The translations under genes and the position numbers were made by a program. Below, piece after piece: positions 27,813 through 38,390 of a DNA stretch of 64,000 nucleotides. The stretch spans positions 5,408,001-5,472,000 of the forward strand of contig CBDCJH010000002.1 of NCBI GenBank assembly GCA_965217775.1, written 5' to 3'. Numbering within the stretch: position 1 is the first letter of the stretch; every line of letters begins with the position of its first letter. The notes beneath the pieces are model-generated. The model did not search any database, was not told the origin of the DNA, and saw only the letters and a list, made by a program, of their open reading frames with translations. The stretch comes from Acidobacteriota bacterium. Lineage in GTDB: Bacteria > Acidobacteriota > UBA6911 > RPQK01 > JAJDTT01.

Positions 27813-28742
27813 TCATGCTGCTTCGAAGTTGCTGGAGGAAGTCATTTCCAGTATGGCCGCGATGCGCCGCACAGTATGGGAAAAATATTCTACTTCCGAA
27901 GGTGAGAGGGGACGGCCGAGGATGGCATGCTCCCGGTATGAGAGCCATTTTTTCAGGACCTGGTAGCCGCCGAGCTTGTATTTCCAAACAGTGGCCGGCA
28001 CGTTGCGCCAAGAGGCGTTGTCATTCAAGTGAATGTCGAAGGTGACCCTGCCCAGCGTGGACCCAGTGTCGCCCAATGCGGCGCGTTCTTCGGGCGTATA
28101 GGGACGTTCCACGGCACGTCCCTGTCCCGGCATTACGGAATTGCCTGAACCAAAATGCCCCCATCCCGCAGCCAGTACGAAATCGCCTTGGGTCATGTTC
28201 CGCCCGTCGCTGGTGGTGGGCTTTGCTATGGTGGCGATCTCTGAACGCAGGGGGACTTCCGTCACCCCTGGGACCGAAGTCTTGGGGTCGAGCAGGGCGG
28301 CGAGGTTTCGGCCCCGAGCCACCAAGCGTGCGAACGCTTCCGCCGCATCTTCGGGCTGCCCATCGGGCCATCCCGGAAGTGGGATCCGCGGCCAGCCCAT
28401 CTTGAGTGCTCCAGCATTGCCAGCGCGGTAACCAGGGTCATGGAGAACGGCGAGAACGAAATGGAACAGGTCTTCCGGGCTCCAGCCACTACGTACAAGA
28501 TAGCCGTGCGCCTTCTCTGAAAGATTCGGTTGACGCACCTTGTTTACAGCGCTTCGGTGCCAGACGGGGAACATCAGCGCACCGCGTTCGATCAGATGCA
28601 ACGACGCCATATGTTCCGTGAAACAGGACTGCGGTTCTTCCCCACCTTTTCGCAGGTGTTGTGCCGCCGAGAGCCAATGGTTTCCATCAAACACGTGGGG
28701 CCTGTATTTAGCGCGTTTCTCGTCGAGTAATTTCGTGTCTTT
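27813..28742 (-). pseudogene. C-terminal specificity domain of a Type ISP/IIG restriction-modification enzyme, 5'-truncated
   Basis: AVLHDPGYR..NAGALKMGWPRIPLP, NVPATVWKYKLGGYQVLKKWLSYRE; no methyltransferase or helicase part; abrupt AT-rich junction near 28745. Confidence 0.82.
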
Positions 28743-28861
28743 TGGTTTCAAAGAAAAGATAAAAAAACACTTACACAAAACCGAGGGCTTGAAACATGGG
28801 TCGAAGACGTGCCCCTACAGATCAGCCGTAACGGGTGCTTCGGGCCCTTGCGTACCCCGCT

Positions 28862-30028
28862 TCAGTCGGCGCAGGGAATGAGCAGCTTCTGGCCGGGACG
28901 GATCACGGTGTTGCTCAGACCGTTGTAGAGCATGATCTGGTTGGGCCCTTCCACTCCGCAGTCTTTGAATTTCCTGGAGATTCTGAAGAGGGTGTCGCCA
29001 CTCCGGACCCGGTACTCGATGGCTTGTCCCGGGGCCGGATAGACGTTGGCCACGAAGCCGTGGAATTCCTCACGGAGCGGATGTTTCTCGATGCGCTCCC
29101 GGTAGGTTTCCTGGAAGATCCGGGGAATCGTCACCTCCTCCCCCTCCTTGAACCAGACCCGGATGCTGTCCCTGGAATTCAGATTCCCCAGGTTCCAATG
29201 GTCGGTGCCCAGCAGCAGCCCCAATTCCAGGTGATGGAGGCTGCGATCCAACGGGATCTTCAGCGTTCCCGGATCCAGCCGGGGAATGTTGATCCCGAAT
29301 CGTTCGGGAGCCAGACCCATGGCCGTGGCGGCCAGGACTCGCGGCACGTAGCGGCGGGTCTGGCGGGGGAGCCGGCTGGCGATTCTGCGAAACGCATTCG
29401 GGTTGGAGCTGTAACGGGCAAACTTTTGACCGGGGCCGTAGTTGTAGTCCACCAGCACCAGCTCCAGATTCCAGGCGAAGACCTTCACCAAATGGCCGAG
29501 GTACTCCAACTGCTTCTGCGTGGATTTGACGACGTCGAAATAGTCTCCTCCCCTCAGACCGTATCTTCGGCCCGCCCACTGCATCTGCCAGATGCCCTTG
29601 GCGTTGGCGTAGGAGACGCTGTAGTTGCGGTACAGGCTCTCCTGCAATCCCAGTCCGTACCCGAACTCCAACGGGATGCCCGCCTGCCGGTACAAGGGCC
29701 GAATGATGGGCTCCAGGAACTGAAAGCGGTTGGTCGCTCCCAGAAACGAGTCCCGGCCGTCGGTCAGCCAATAGAGGATTTCCCGTTTGACGTCGGACCG
29801 GTTCTCAATGTGGCGGAACAGGTCGTCCACCATGCCGTAGCGCCGGCGGCCCTCTTCTTCCGGAAGCACCCGATAGGAATCCGCCGCCGTTCCCGCACCT
29901 GGAAGGGGGCCCCCCGTCAATCCGCTCGCGAGGCTATGCGCCTCCGCGGCACAGGGTCCTGCCACCACGCCTGCGGCCGCCGCGCCGCATGCGTATTGGA
30001 GCAGGGAACGTCTCGACAGATCGTCCAT
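28862..30028 (-). CDS. lytic transglycosylase (MltD-like SLT domain) with C-terminal LysM and Tat signal
   Basis: SRRSLL Tat motif, LQES, AKGIWQM, YNYG, TRRYVPRVLA, YRVRSGDTLFRIS...IRPGQKLLIP. Confidence 0.9.
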   Translation of the reverse strand: MDDLSRRSLLQYACGAAAAGVVAGPCAAEAHSLASGLTGGPLPGAGTAADSYRVLPEEEGRRRYGMVDDLFRHIENRSDVKREILYWLTDGRDSFLGATNRFQFLEPIIRPLYRQAGIPLEFGYGLGLQESLYRNYSVSYANAKGIWQMQWAGRRYGLRGGDYFDVVKSTQKQLEYLGHLVKVFAWNLELVLVDYNYGPGQKFARYSSNPNAFRRIASRLPRQTRRYVPRVLAATAMGLAPERFGINIPRLDPGTLKIPLDRSLHHLELGLLLGTDHWNLGNLNSRDSIRVWFKEGEEVTIPRIFQETYRERIEKHPLREEFHGFVANVYPAPGQAIEYRVRSGDTLFRISRKFKDCGVEGPNQIMLYNGLSNTVIRPGQKLLIPCAD

Positions 30029-30048
30029 AGGGCGATAGTAGCTCCGGG

Positions 30049-31209
30049 TCAGATGCCGGTCTCGGGGGTCTCCAGACGGGCGATCACAGCTTGCAGAAAG
30101 CGGGCGCCGACAGCGCCGTCCACGACCCGGTGGTCCTGGGACAGGCTCAGGTGCATGATTTCCCGAATCACGATCCGGCCCGAGCGCACGACCGGCCGGG
30201 GCGCGATCTTGTTAACGCCCAGAATGGCCACTTCGGGATAGTTGACGATGGGCGTGGCGACGATGCCTCCCAAGGCGCCCAGGCTGGTCACGGTGAAGGT
30301 GCCTCCCTGCAGATGCTCCAGCTTCAGGTTGCCCTCACGGGCCAACTGCGAGACCTGGGAGATCTCCCGGGCCACCTCCGGCAGGCTCTTCCGGTCCACG
30401 TTCCTGATCACCGGAACCATCAGCCCTTCTTCCGTCTGGGTGGCGATGCCGATGTTGTAATACTTGCGGAGTTCGATCTCTCCCGCGTGCAGGTCCAGAC
30501 GGGCGTTCAGATAGGGATGCCGTTTCAGCTCGTGGGCCAACGCCTTCAGGATGTAGGGGAGATAAGTGAGGCGGACTCCCTGAAACTCCTCGCTCCCTTG
30601 AGCCCTTTGGCGCATCCGGACCAATTCGGTCACGTCCACCTCTTCCACATAGGTGAAATGGGGAGCGTGGTTGGAGGCTTGGAGCATGTGGTCGCCGATC
30701 CGGCGCCGGATGCCGCGGTAGGGAACCCGTTCCGTCGGCCCGGCCGCGGCAACGGTCGGAGGCGTCTGGGCCCGGGTCAGGTCCTCTTTCGTGATCCGTC
30801 CGCCCGGGCCGGTGCCCTTGACCCGTTCCAGGTCGATTTTCATCTGTTTCGCCAGGCGCCGGAGGGCCGGGGTCGCCAGGATCCGCACCGTTTTTCGCCG
30901 CCGCGAAATCGGAGGCCTGCGAGGAGGTGGATGAGGCGCCGCGTGAACCGGCTCGGAGTCGACTTCGTCTTTGCCGGTATCGATCTCCACCAGCACCGAC
31001 CCGACCGGGACGACCTCTCCTTCCTTGCCTCCATGCTCCACGACGCGGCCCTTTACGGGAGAGGGGATCTCGACGGTGGCTTTGTCGGTCATGACTTCCA
31101 CCATCGGCTGATCTTCTTCGATCTCGTCGCCGATCCGAACCAGCCAGCGAACGACCTCGCCTTCCACGATGCCTTCGCCGATATCGGGGAGCCTGAATTG
31201 GTACGGCAT
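30049..31209 (-). CDS. 2-oxoacid dehydrogenase E2 (dihydrolipoamide acyltransferase)
   Basis: LPDIGEG, MTDKAT lipoyl lysine, ATPALRRLA, GTGPGGRIT, DHRVVDG. Confidence 0.95.
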   Translation of the reverse strand: MPYQFRLPDIGEGIVEGEVVRWLVRIGDEIEEDQPMVEVMTDKATVEIPSPVKGRVVEHGGKEGEVVPVGSVLVEIDTGKDEVDSEPVHAAPHPPPRRPPISRRRKTVRILATPALRRLAKQMKIDLERVKGTGPGGRITKEDLTRAQTPPTVAAAGPTERVPYRGIRRRIGDHMLQASNHAPHFTYVEEVDVTELVRMRQRAQGSEEFQGVRLTYLPYILKALAHELKRHPYLNARLDLHAGEIELRKYYNIGIATQTEEGLMVPVIRNVDRKSLPEVAREISQVSQLAREGNLKLEHLQGGTFTVTSLGALGGIVATPIVNYPEVAILGVNKIAPRPVVRSGRIVIREIMHLSLSQDHRVVDGAVGARFLQAVIARLETPETGI

Positions 31210-31219
31210 AGGACTCTAC

Positions 31220-32197
31220 TCAGAATTCGACGATCTCGCGCAATCCATTCCGGATTCTTTCGATCCCAGGCAGGTAGTCTTCTTCGCGAGTGTAGGGGAA
31301 AGGGGTGTCGAAACCCGTGATCCGGGTCACGGGGGCCTGCAGGTGCAGGAGCGCCTTCTCCCCGACGGTCGCCGAGAGTTCCGCTCCGAACCCACAGGTT
31401 CTGGGAGCCTCGTGGACAATGACCAGGCGGCCCGTCTTCTGGACTGAGCTCAAGACCGTGTCGACATCGAAGGGCATCAAGGTTCTCAGATCCACCACTT
31501 CACAGGAGATCCCCTCTTCTTCCTCCGACTGATTCGCCGCTGCCAGGCAGTTGTGGAGCATGGCGCCGTAGGCCACGACGGTCACGTCCAGACCCTCCTG
31601 GACGACCTTGGCCTGACCCAGATCCACGATGTAGTCGCCGTCCGGAACTTCGCCCCGGGCCGCCCGGTAGACCCGCTTCGGTTCCAGGAAGATGACCGGG
31701 TTGTCATCCCGGATCGCCGAAATCAGAAGTCCCTTGGCATCGTAGGGAGTCGCCGGCACCACCACTTTGAGCCCAGGAGTGTGGACGAAATAGGCTTCGG
31801 GACTCTGGGAGTGATAGTGCCCTCCCCGGATGCCTCCGCCATAGGGCGTTCGGATCACCATGGGACACGTGTATTGGCCGCCGGAACGGTACCGCATCTT
31901 GGCCAGCTCGTTGACGATCTGATCGAAGGCGGGATAGATGAAGTCCGCGAATTGAACCTCGGGAACCGGGCGAAAGCCGTACATGGCCATGCCGATGGCG
32001 GCCCCGATGATACCCGACTCGGCCAGCGGCGTGTCGAATACGCGGTGCTCTCCGAACTCTTCCTGGAGGCCCTTGGTAGCGCGGAAGACCCCGCCGAAAC
32101 GCCCCACGTCTTCACCCAGGATCACCACGCTGGGGTCGCGCCGCATCTCGGTGCGCAGACCGTCGTTGACTGCCTGGATGATGTTCCGAATCGGCAT
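31220..32197 (-). CDS. 2-oxoacid dehydrogenase E1 beta subunit (branched-chain/pyruvate type)
   Basis: GEDVGRFGGVFRAT, DTPLAE, EVQFADF, HSQSPE. Confidence 0.95.
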   Translation of the reverse strand: MPIRNIIQAVNDGLRTEMRRDPSVVILGEDVGRFGGVFRATKGLQEEFGEHRVFDTPLAESGIIGAAIGMAMYGFRPVPEVQFADFIYPAFDQIVNELAKMRYRSGGQYTCPMVIRTPYGGGIRGGHYHSQSPEAYFVHTPGLKVVVPATPYDAKGLLISAIRDDNPVIFLEPKRVYRAARGEVPDGDYIVDLGQAKVVQEGLDVTVVAYGAMLHNCLAAANQSEEEEGISCEVVDLRTLMPFDVDTVLSSVQKTGRLVIVHEAPRTCGFGAELSATVGEKALLHLQAPVTRITGFDTPFPYTREEDYLPGIERIRNGLREIVEF

Positions 32198-32217
32198 CTG
32201 GCTTCCGGGGAAGTGGG

Positions 32218-33318
32218 TCAGGTCCCCTGCTCGACGGTCTGAAACTCCTCCGGCATGCACACCGACTCCATTTGCTCGCGGATATGCCACGGCATCTCGT
32301 CGTAGACGTCGCCGAAGATGGTGTCCAGAGACGGCGGTCCGGACCGCGAGGCCTCTTCCAGGGTGCTGCGAATCAGCGCTCGGATCTCGTCCTCCAACCC
32401 CTGCTCCTTGTCGTCGTCCCAATGTCCCTGCCGGGTCAGGTACAAGCGGAACCGCAGGATCGGGTCGCGTTCGACCCAGGGCTCGACCTCGGCGCCGTCC
32501 CGATAGGAATTGGGGTCGTCGGAGGTGGAGTGGCCTCCCCGGCGGTAGGTCACCGCCTCGATCAGCGTCGGACCTTCCCCCCTTCTTGCCTTCGCCACCG
32601 CCTTCGAGGTGACGTCGTAGACGGCGAAGACGTCGTTTCCGTCGACACGGACCCCTTCAATACCGTACGCGGTCGCCTTGATGGCCAGATTCCGGGAGGC
32701 CGTCTGAGACTCTACCGGAACGGAGATCGCCCACTGGTTGTTCCGGCAGAAGAGGATGGTCGGAGTCTTGAAGACTCCCGCGAAGTTGGTGGCGACATGG
32801 AAGTCGCCCTGAGAGGTGGCGCCGTCGCCGAAATAGACCAGCGCCACGTCGTCCCTGCCCGCCAGACGGGCGCCCAGAGCCAGACCGACGGCATGGGGGA
32901 TCTGGCTTCCCACGGGACTGGAAATCGACGTCACCCTCAAGTCGCGGCTGGCGTAGTGGTTCGGCATCTGCCGGCCCTTGGTCAAGTCCCGGGAATTTCC
33001 GAAGAACTGGCAGACAAGATCGATCAGGGGAAAGCCTTTGACCAGAGCGGCGCCCAACTCCCGGTAGCAGGGGACGACCCAGTCCCGCCGTTCCAGGGCG
33101 AACGCGCTTCCGATGATGGCCGCTTCCTCCCCGCGTGACCCGACGTAGAAACCGAGCCGGCCTTGTCTCTGAAGCCGGATCATCTGGTCGTCGACCCTCC
33201 GATTCAAGCACATCAACCGATAGAGATGGAGCTGCTGATCCAATCTGAGGGCCGGAATGTCGGCCTCCGATTTCAGGTCGCCGTCGGGGGAAAGGATGGA
33301 GATCATGGTCCCGGGCAT
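32218..33318 (-). CDS. 2-oxoacid dehydrogenase E1 alpha subunit (branched-chain-like)
   Basis: QRQGRLGFY, KGRQMPNHY, FGDGATSQGDFH...NNQWAIS TPP motif, HSTSDDP. Confidence 0.95.
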   Translation of the reverse strand: MPGTMISILSPDGDLKSEADIPALRLDQQLHLYRLMCLNRRVDDQMIRLQRQGRLGFYVGSRGEEAAIIGSAFALERRDWVVPCYRELGAALVKGFPLIDLVCQFFGNSRDLTKGRQMPNHYASRDLRVTSISSPVGSQIPHAVGLALGARLAGRDDVALVYFGDGATSQGDFHVATNFAGVFKTPTILFCRNNQWAISVPVESQTASRNLAIKATAYGIEGVRVDGNDVFAVYDVTSKAVAKARRGEGPTLIEAVTYRRGGHSTSDDPNSYRDGAEVEPWVERDPILRFRLYLTRQGHWDDDKEQGLEDEIRALIRSTLEEASRSGPPSLDTIFGDVYDEMPWHIREQMESVCMPEEFQTVEQGT

Positions 33319-33399
33319 GCGTCAGGGATTATATCTGCCCCTCTGGAGCAGGACAAGAAGACTCGGCCCCTGCACCGCCGCGTGTGGCGGCGCCCTCCG

Positions 33400-34410
33400 T
33401 CACGGTTTCGTTTCGCGATACTTCTCGAATTGAGCCGCCATATCGGACTGGGTGAGGTGTCCGGAGTGCACCAGTATCCGGTAGAGAAAGAGGGCCGATT
33501 CGCCCGGTTCCAGAGCGACGTTCAGAGGTGGGGAACCTTTTTCGAAATCCTTACGGCCGAAGGGGTTGGCGGAAAAGAGTCCGTAGCCCCGGGCGTGCCA
33601 GAAGGTGGGGGATTCGATGCTCTTGGGGTGATTCATGATAGCCAGAGTCAGGTCCTCTCCCTGGACCGAGCCGCGGAGTGCGACCCAGGAAGACTTCTTT
33701 CCCCAGACACCCTTCGACAGCTCCAACCCCTGGGCGTTCAGGTAGCGGCCGGTCCGGTCTTCCCGCAGGTCGGGGGCGACGCGAACGGCCATCATTCCTT
33801 CCTTGGTATCGTTGAACGTCACCGCTTTCCCTTGGGCAGTCAGCTTGAACGTCAAGTCCAGGGTCCGCCATCCGGGGCCCGCCTCGATGGTCATCCGGGA
33901 GTCCTGTTTCAGCAGCACGGCTCCCGAGGGTGCGATCCAGTCCGACGTGGTATCCATGACTCCCTTTTGTCCGTCTTCCAGCCGGGTGAAGCCGGTGTGC
34001 CGAATCCGGCCACTGCCCGGTTTGTCTCGTCCGCCGGGCAGCTTGGACCAGAAATCGACGCCGTTGAGGTTTCCATAGGTGAATGAGATCCCCTCGTGGT
34101 GCCAATGGTCGTAATGCTCGTCGGGTGTCCCGAATTCCATGGGGTATGCCCGCGTGAGTCGATGGCCCTTGGGGCTGAGCAGGGGGTGGAAGATCGGCTT
34201 GTGAAAGCCGGCTCCGTAGTGGTACGAGGCGAACAGGCTCTTGCCGACGTAGATGTCCACCCGAGCCGCGTCCGTCTTGACCAGTCGGACCCCATGGTGG
34301 GACTCGGCGAGAGCGGGCACCGTCTGAAGGAAGACCAGGAGAGCCGCGGCCGCGATGGCGGGGCGGCGGAGTGTCGAATCTATCGGGACCGGATCGGATA
34401 GGAATTTCAT
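33400..34410 (-). CDS. secreted DUF6807-like beta-sandwich protein
   Basis: KPIFHPL, TRAYP, DHWHHEGI, NDTKEG, WHARGYGLFSANPFG. Confidence 0.8.
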   Translation of the reverse strand: MKFLSDPVPIDSTLRRPAIAAAALLVFLQTVPALAESHHGVRLVKTDAARVDIYVGKSLFASYHYGAGFHKPIFHPLLSPKGHRLTRAYPMEFGTPDEHYDHWHHEGISFTYGNLNGVDFWSKLPGGRDKPGSGRIRHTGFTRLEDGQKGVMDTTSDWIAPSGAVLLKQDSRMTIEAGPGWRTLDLTFKLTAQGKAVTFNDTKEGMMAVRVAPDLREDRTGRYLNAQGLELSKGVWGKKSSWVALRGSVQGEDLTLAIMNHPKSIESPTFWHARGYGLFSANPFGRKDFEKGSPPLNVALEPGESALFLYRILVHSGHLTQSDMAAQFEKYRETKP

Positions 34411-34571
34411 GGGAACTGCAGTGCCTCCTGCGCCTGGGAAAAGTGTCGCCGAAACCGGGAACATGATAGCAGTCCGTGGGAATAGTCGTGCCGGCAAAGG
34501 GGGCGATCCGATCCTGGAAGTCGCTCCGGGAACACGTTACCCTGCTCTGGCGCGAAATCAGGAGGTGACGT

Positions 34572-35423
34572 GTGATTTTTGACGTGCATACTCATGGCTG
34601 GAGATATCCGGACCATTTCTCGGATCGGTTCCGCCAACAGGCAATCCGAATGAGGGGCTACGAGATCCCCCTGGACAGCACCCTGGAGGACTATCGCGCC
34701 CATTGCCGCACGGTCCCCGATCGGGTCAAGACCGTCGTCTTCGGTGGAAAGGCCAAGCTGTCGGGCCTCTGGATTCCCGATCGGTTCATCGTCGAATATT
34801 GCTCTCAGGACCCCGAAAATCTGATCCCGTTTCTCTCCCTCGATCCGACCCAACCGGGTTGGCAGGAGGAACTGGAGGAGGGCCACCAGGATCTGAAGAT
34901 GAGGGGCATCAAGTTGATGCCCATGTATGCCGGATTCTATCCTCAGGCGTCGGAGCTGGATCACCTGTGGCAGTATGCCGTCCGCCACCAACTGCCGGTC
35001 CTGCTCCATACGGGGACCACTTTCGTGGATCGGGCCCCTTTGGACACCACTTTGCCCCGGCATCTGGATCCCGTCGCCATCAAGTACCCGGAGTGCCGGA
35101 TCATTCTGGCGCACCTGGGACATCCATACGAGGGTGAGACGGTGGCGGTGATCCGGAAGCATCCTCACGTCTACTCGGACGTGTCGGCCATCCACTACCG
35201 GCCCTTCCAGCTCTACCAGAGCCTGATGCTGGTGCAGGAGTATGGTGTCTGGAACAAGCTCCTGTTCGGGACCGACTACCCCATCACCAACGTGGACGAG
35301 TCTCTGGCCGGGCTGCGATCCATCAACGGCATGCTGGAAGGCACGGCCCTGCCGCGGTTGGATCCGGAACAGATGGAAGCGATGATCCATCGCGACGCCG
35401 GCCCCTTGCTGGGACTCGAGTAG
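34572..35423 (+). CDS. amidohydrolase_2 family metal-dependent hydrolase
   Basis: DVHTH, GIKLMP, LLHTG, LAHLGHP, LFGTDYP. Confidence 0.9.
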   Translation: MIFDVHTHGWRYPDHFSDRFRQQAIRMRGYEIPLDSTLEDYRAHCRTVPDRVKTVVFGGKAKLSGLWIPDRFIVEYCSQDPENLIPFLSLDPTQPGWQEELEEGHQDLKMRGIKLMPMYAGFYPQASELDHLWQYAVRHQLPVLLHTGTTFVDRAPLDTTLPRHLDPVAIKYPECRIILAHLGHPYEGETVAVIRKHPHVYSDVSAIHYRPFQLYQSLMLVQEYGVWNKLLFGTDYPITNVDESLAGLRSINGMLEGTALPRLDPEQMEAMIHRDAGPLLGLE

Positions 35424-35510
35424 GCGTTCGGGACCTCATTTGATTATTCCGATCAATTGGGTAAAGATAGTGTCATCTCATACGCTGAAAGGACCTGGAG
35501 GAATCGGGTC

Positions 35511-37763
35511 ATGACTACCTGGAAGGAGCACTTGGGCACGGATATCCCGGACGAGCTCGGCCGCGAGATCGACATCTTCGAGATGCAGATGGAGCTGAGA
35601 CGTCAGGGAAAGCTGGATGAGAAGATCTTCGCCGAGACCCGGTTGCGGCGCGGCATCTACGGCCAGAGATACGACAACGGTTTTCGCCACGACGGCGTCC
35701 GGTCGCAGCAGCTCCCCTATCCTTCCGGCGACGTCATCAAGGGGCCCGAGACCCTCTGGGACGCGCCCGGGATGATGCGCATCAAGATCCCGTACGGGGG
35801 GGTCAATCCCCGCCAGCTCGAGGTATTGGCGGATACGGCCGAGGAGTATTCGGACGGAGTGCTCCACGTCACCACCAGACAGGACTATCAACTCCACTTC
35901 GTCCATATCGACGACACTCCCAGCCTGATGCGGAGATTGGCCTCGGTGGGAATCACGACCCGGGAGGCCTGCGGGAACTCGGTCCGGAACGTGACGGCCT
36001 GCCCGCTGGCGGGCGTCTGCCACACCGAGGCTTTCGACGTCAGTCCCTATGCCAAGGCCTGCACCGCCTTCCTGCTGGGGCACCCCGATGTCCAGGACTT
36101 CGGCCGCAAGTTCAAGATCTCCTTCTCGGGATGCCGCGAGGAGGCCTGCGGGCTGGCCAGCATGCATGACATGGGGGCCATCGCGGTGGTGCGCCGAGAG
36201 GGCGACCGGATCAGACGCGGGTTCGAGCTGTACGTCGGGGGAGGTCTGGGCGCGGTGCCGCACCAGGCCAAGCTCTTCGATCGCTTTCTTCCGGAAGCAG
36301 AGCTGCTGCCCACGGCGCAGGCCATCTCCAGGGTGTTCGCCCGCTTGGGAGAGAAGAAGAACCGTGCCCGTGCCCGCATCAAGTTCCTGGTGGCCAAGCT
36401 GGGGATAGACGAGTTCCGCAAGCAGGTTCTGAAGGAGCGCGAGGTCATGCCTGCTGACGAGCGGTGGACCGCGTATCTGCCCCAGGTTCCGGAATTCCAG
36501 GAGATCGCGGTCAGGCCCCCGGCGGCATTGAACGGACATCAGCCGCCTCCGGACTTCGAGCACTGGGTCCGGACCAACGTCTACCGGCAGCGGCAGGCGG
36601 GCTACGCCGTCGCCACCCTGACTCTTCCCTTGGGAGACTTGTCGTCGTGGCAGGCCCGGGAGCTGGCGGTGATCGCCCGCCGTTTCTCCGGCGAGAACAT
36701 CCGGACCACCATCGAGCAGAACATGGTGCTGCGTTGGGTCAGCGAAGCGGACCTGCCGGAACTCTACGGTCAACTGGAGAAGATCGGTCTGGGCGCCCAT
36801 GGCGCCGGTACCATCGTGGACGTAACGGCCTGCCCGGGTACTGACACCTGCAAGTTGGGAATCGCCTCCTCGCGTGGACTGGCTGCCGAACTCCGGAGGA
36901 GGCTCGGCGCCAAGTTCTTCCAACTGGATGATTCGATCAAGAACCTGCGGATCAAGATCAGCGGCTGCTTCAACTCCTGCGGTCAGCACCACGTCGCGGA
37001 CATCGGATTCTACGGAACCAGCCGGACCATCAAGGGGCACAAGGTGCCTCACTTCCAAGTGGTGCTGGGAGGCCAGTGGACCAAGAACGCCGGCTCCTAC
37101 GGACTGGCAATGGGCTCGGCGCCGGCCCGGAACGTGCCCAAGGTTCTGGAACGGATCACCGGCCGATACCTGGAGTATCGGAGCAATGGCGAGAGCTTTC
37201 AGGAATTCGTCCGGAGCGTCGGCAAGAAGGACCTTCGAGCCATGCTGCAGGACCTGTTGCAGGTTCCGGCCTATGCGGTCGACTCCTCCTTCTACAGCGA
37301 TTGGGGCGATCCCAGAGAGTTCTCCATGGGGGATCTGGGGACGGGAGAATGCGCTGGAGAGGTGGTCACCCTGACCCAGTTCAATCTCGCAGCCGCCGAG
37401 CAACTGGTCTTCGAAGCCCAGATCAGGCTGGACGAGATGGATTTTCCCGGCGCCGACGCATTGAGCTATCAGGCCATGGTCGAGGCCGCCAAAGCCCTGG
37501 TCAAGACGGAATTCCTGGATGTCCCGCGTGTACCGGACAGGGTGGTTTCGGAATTCCGGCGCCGCTTCTACGACACCGAGCTGTTTTTCGACAAGTACGC
37601 CCGCGGCAAGTTCGCCAACTACCTTTTCCGCCGTCACCAGTCGCCTCCAAAGATCCCGAATCGGGACACGGCCCATCAGTCGGTGGAGGAGAGCCAGCTC
37701 TTCATCGAGGCGGCTCATGCCTGTTACGAGCGCATGGCCCGGGAGATCTCGGGAGTCCATTAG
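35511..37763 (+). CDS. siroheme sulfite/nitrite reductase with C-terminal extension
   Basis: HVTTRQD, ACGNSVRNVTAC, RKFKISFSGC, ACPGTDTCKLG, SGCFNSCGQH; RBS GGAGG. Confidence 0.93.
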   Translation: MTTWKEHLGTDIPDELGREIDIFEMQMELRRQGKLDEKIFAETRLRRGIYGQRYDNGFRHDGVRSQQLPYPSGDVIKGPETLWDAPGMMRIKIPYGGVNPRQLEVLADTAEEYSDGVLHVTTRQDYQLHFVHIDDTPSLMRRLASVGITTREACGNSVRNVTACPLAGVCHTEAFDVSPYAKACTAFLLGHPDVQDFGRKFKISFSGCREEACGLASMHDMGAIAVVRREGDRIRRGFELYVGGGLGAVPHQAKLFDRFLPEAELLPTAQAISRVFARLGEKKNRARARIKFLVAKLGIDEFRKQVLKEREVMPADERWTAYLPQVPEFQEIAVRPPAALNGHQPPPDFEHWVRTNVYRQRQAGYAVATLTLPLGDLSSWQARELAVIARRFSGENIRTTIEQNMVLRWVSEADLPELYGQLEKIGLGAHGAGTIVDVTACPGTDTCKLGIASSRGLAAELRRRLGAKFFQLDDSIKNLRIKISGCFNSCGQHHVADIGFYGTSRTIKGHKVPHFQVVLGGQWTKNAGSYGLAMGSAPARNVPKVLERITGRYLEYRSNGESFQEFVRSVGKKDLRAMLQDLLQVPAYAVDSSFYSDWGDPREFSMGDLGTGECAGEVVTLTQFNLAAAEQLVFEAQIRLDEMDFPGADALSYQAMVEAAKALVKTEFLDVPRVPDRVVSEFRRRFYDTELFFDKYARGKFANYLFRRHQSPPKIPNRDTAHQSVEESQLFIEAAHACYERMAREISGVH

Positions 37764-37771
37764 GCGAGGGT

Positions 37772-38353
37772 ATGGGCGGCTGGCAGAAACTGGGTCTCAA
37801 GATCTTTCTGGAGGAGCCCCTCCGGGCCGAGGCGCGGGAATTCATCCCCGTCTTCCATACCTGGATCCAGCACCAGGCCGTCGACGGACACCTGCTCATC
37901 GACGTCCACGACTACAGTCACGTCCACCGGGGCCCCGGCATACTGCTGGTCGCTCACGAGGGAAACTTCAGCCTGGACCAGGGCGATGACCGGCCCGGAC
38001 TCCTCTACTACCGCAAGCAGAATCTGAACGGGACCCGTGAGCAGTGTATCCGGGAGGTTTTCAGGCACACGCTTCTGGCCTGCAGCCGACTGGAATCCGA
38101 TCCGGTTCTGGGCGGCAGAGTGCGTTTCCATACCCGGGAGATGCTGCTGCTGGCAAACGATCGCCTCCGTACCCCCAACAACGCAGAGACCTTCGAACAG
38201 CTTCGACCCGAGTTGACCCAAGCTCTGTCCGCGATTCTGGGTCGAGGCGTCTTCAGTCTGGACCGGGTCGCAGACGCCCGCGAGCGTTTTTCGGTCTGGG
38301 TCCGCGCCCGGCGATCCTTCCGTCCGGGATACCTGTTGCGGCGCCTGAACTGA
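37772..38353 (+). CDS. conserved hypothetical protein downstream of the reductase
   Basis: starts 8 nt after reductase stop; FIPVFHTWIQ, LIDVHDYSHV, NDRLRTPN. Confidence 0.78.
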   Translation: MGGWQKLGLKIFLEEPLRAEAREFIPVFHTWIQHQAVDGHLLIDVHDYSHVHRGPGILLVAHEGNFSLDQGDDRPGLLYYRKQNLNGTREQCIREVFRHTLLACSRLESDPVLGGRVRFHTREMLLLANDRLRTPNNAETFEQLRPELTQALSAILGRGVFSLDRVADARERFSVWVRARRSFRPGYLLRRLN

Positions 38354-38390
38354 CCTGAGAGACTTCCCCCGACAAGACTTCAGGAGTTCG

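Noticed and set aside
33400-34410. Methane monooxygenase PmoA, a label sometimes given to this family
   Set aside because: Soluble secreted protein without multiple TM helices and with no pmoBC nearby
37076-37771. 425-aa ORF overlapping the reductase
   Set aside because: Only the part from ATG 37772 looks coding; the upstream part is an alternate frame of the reductase
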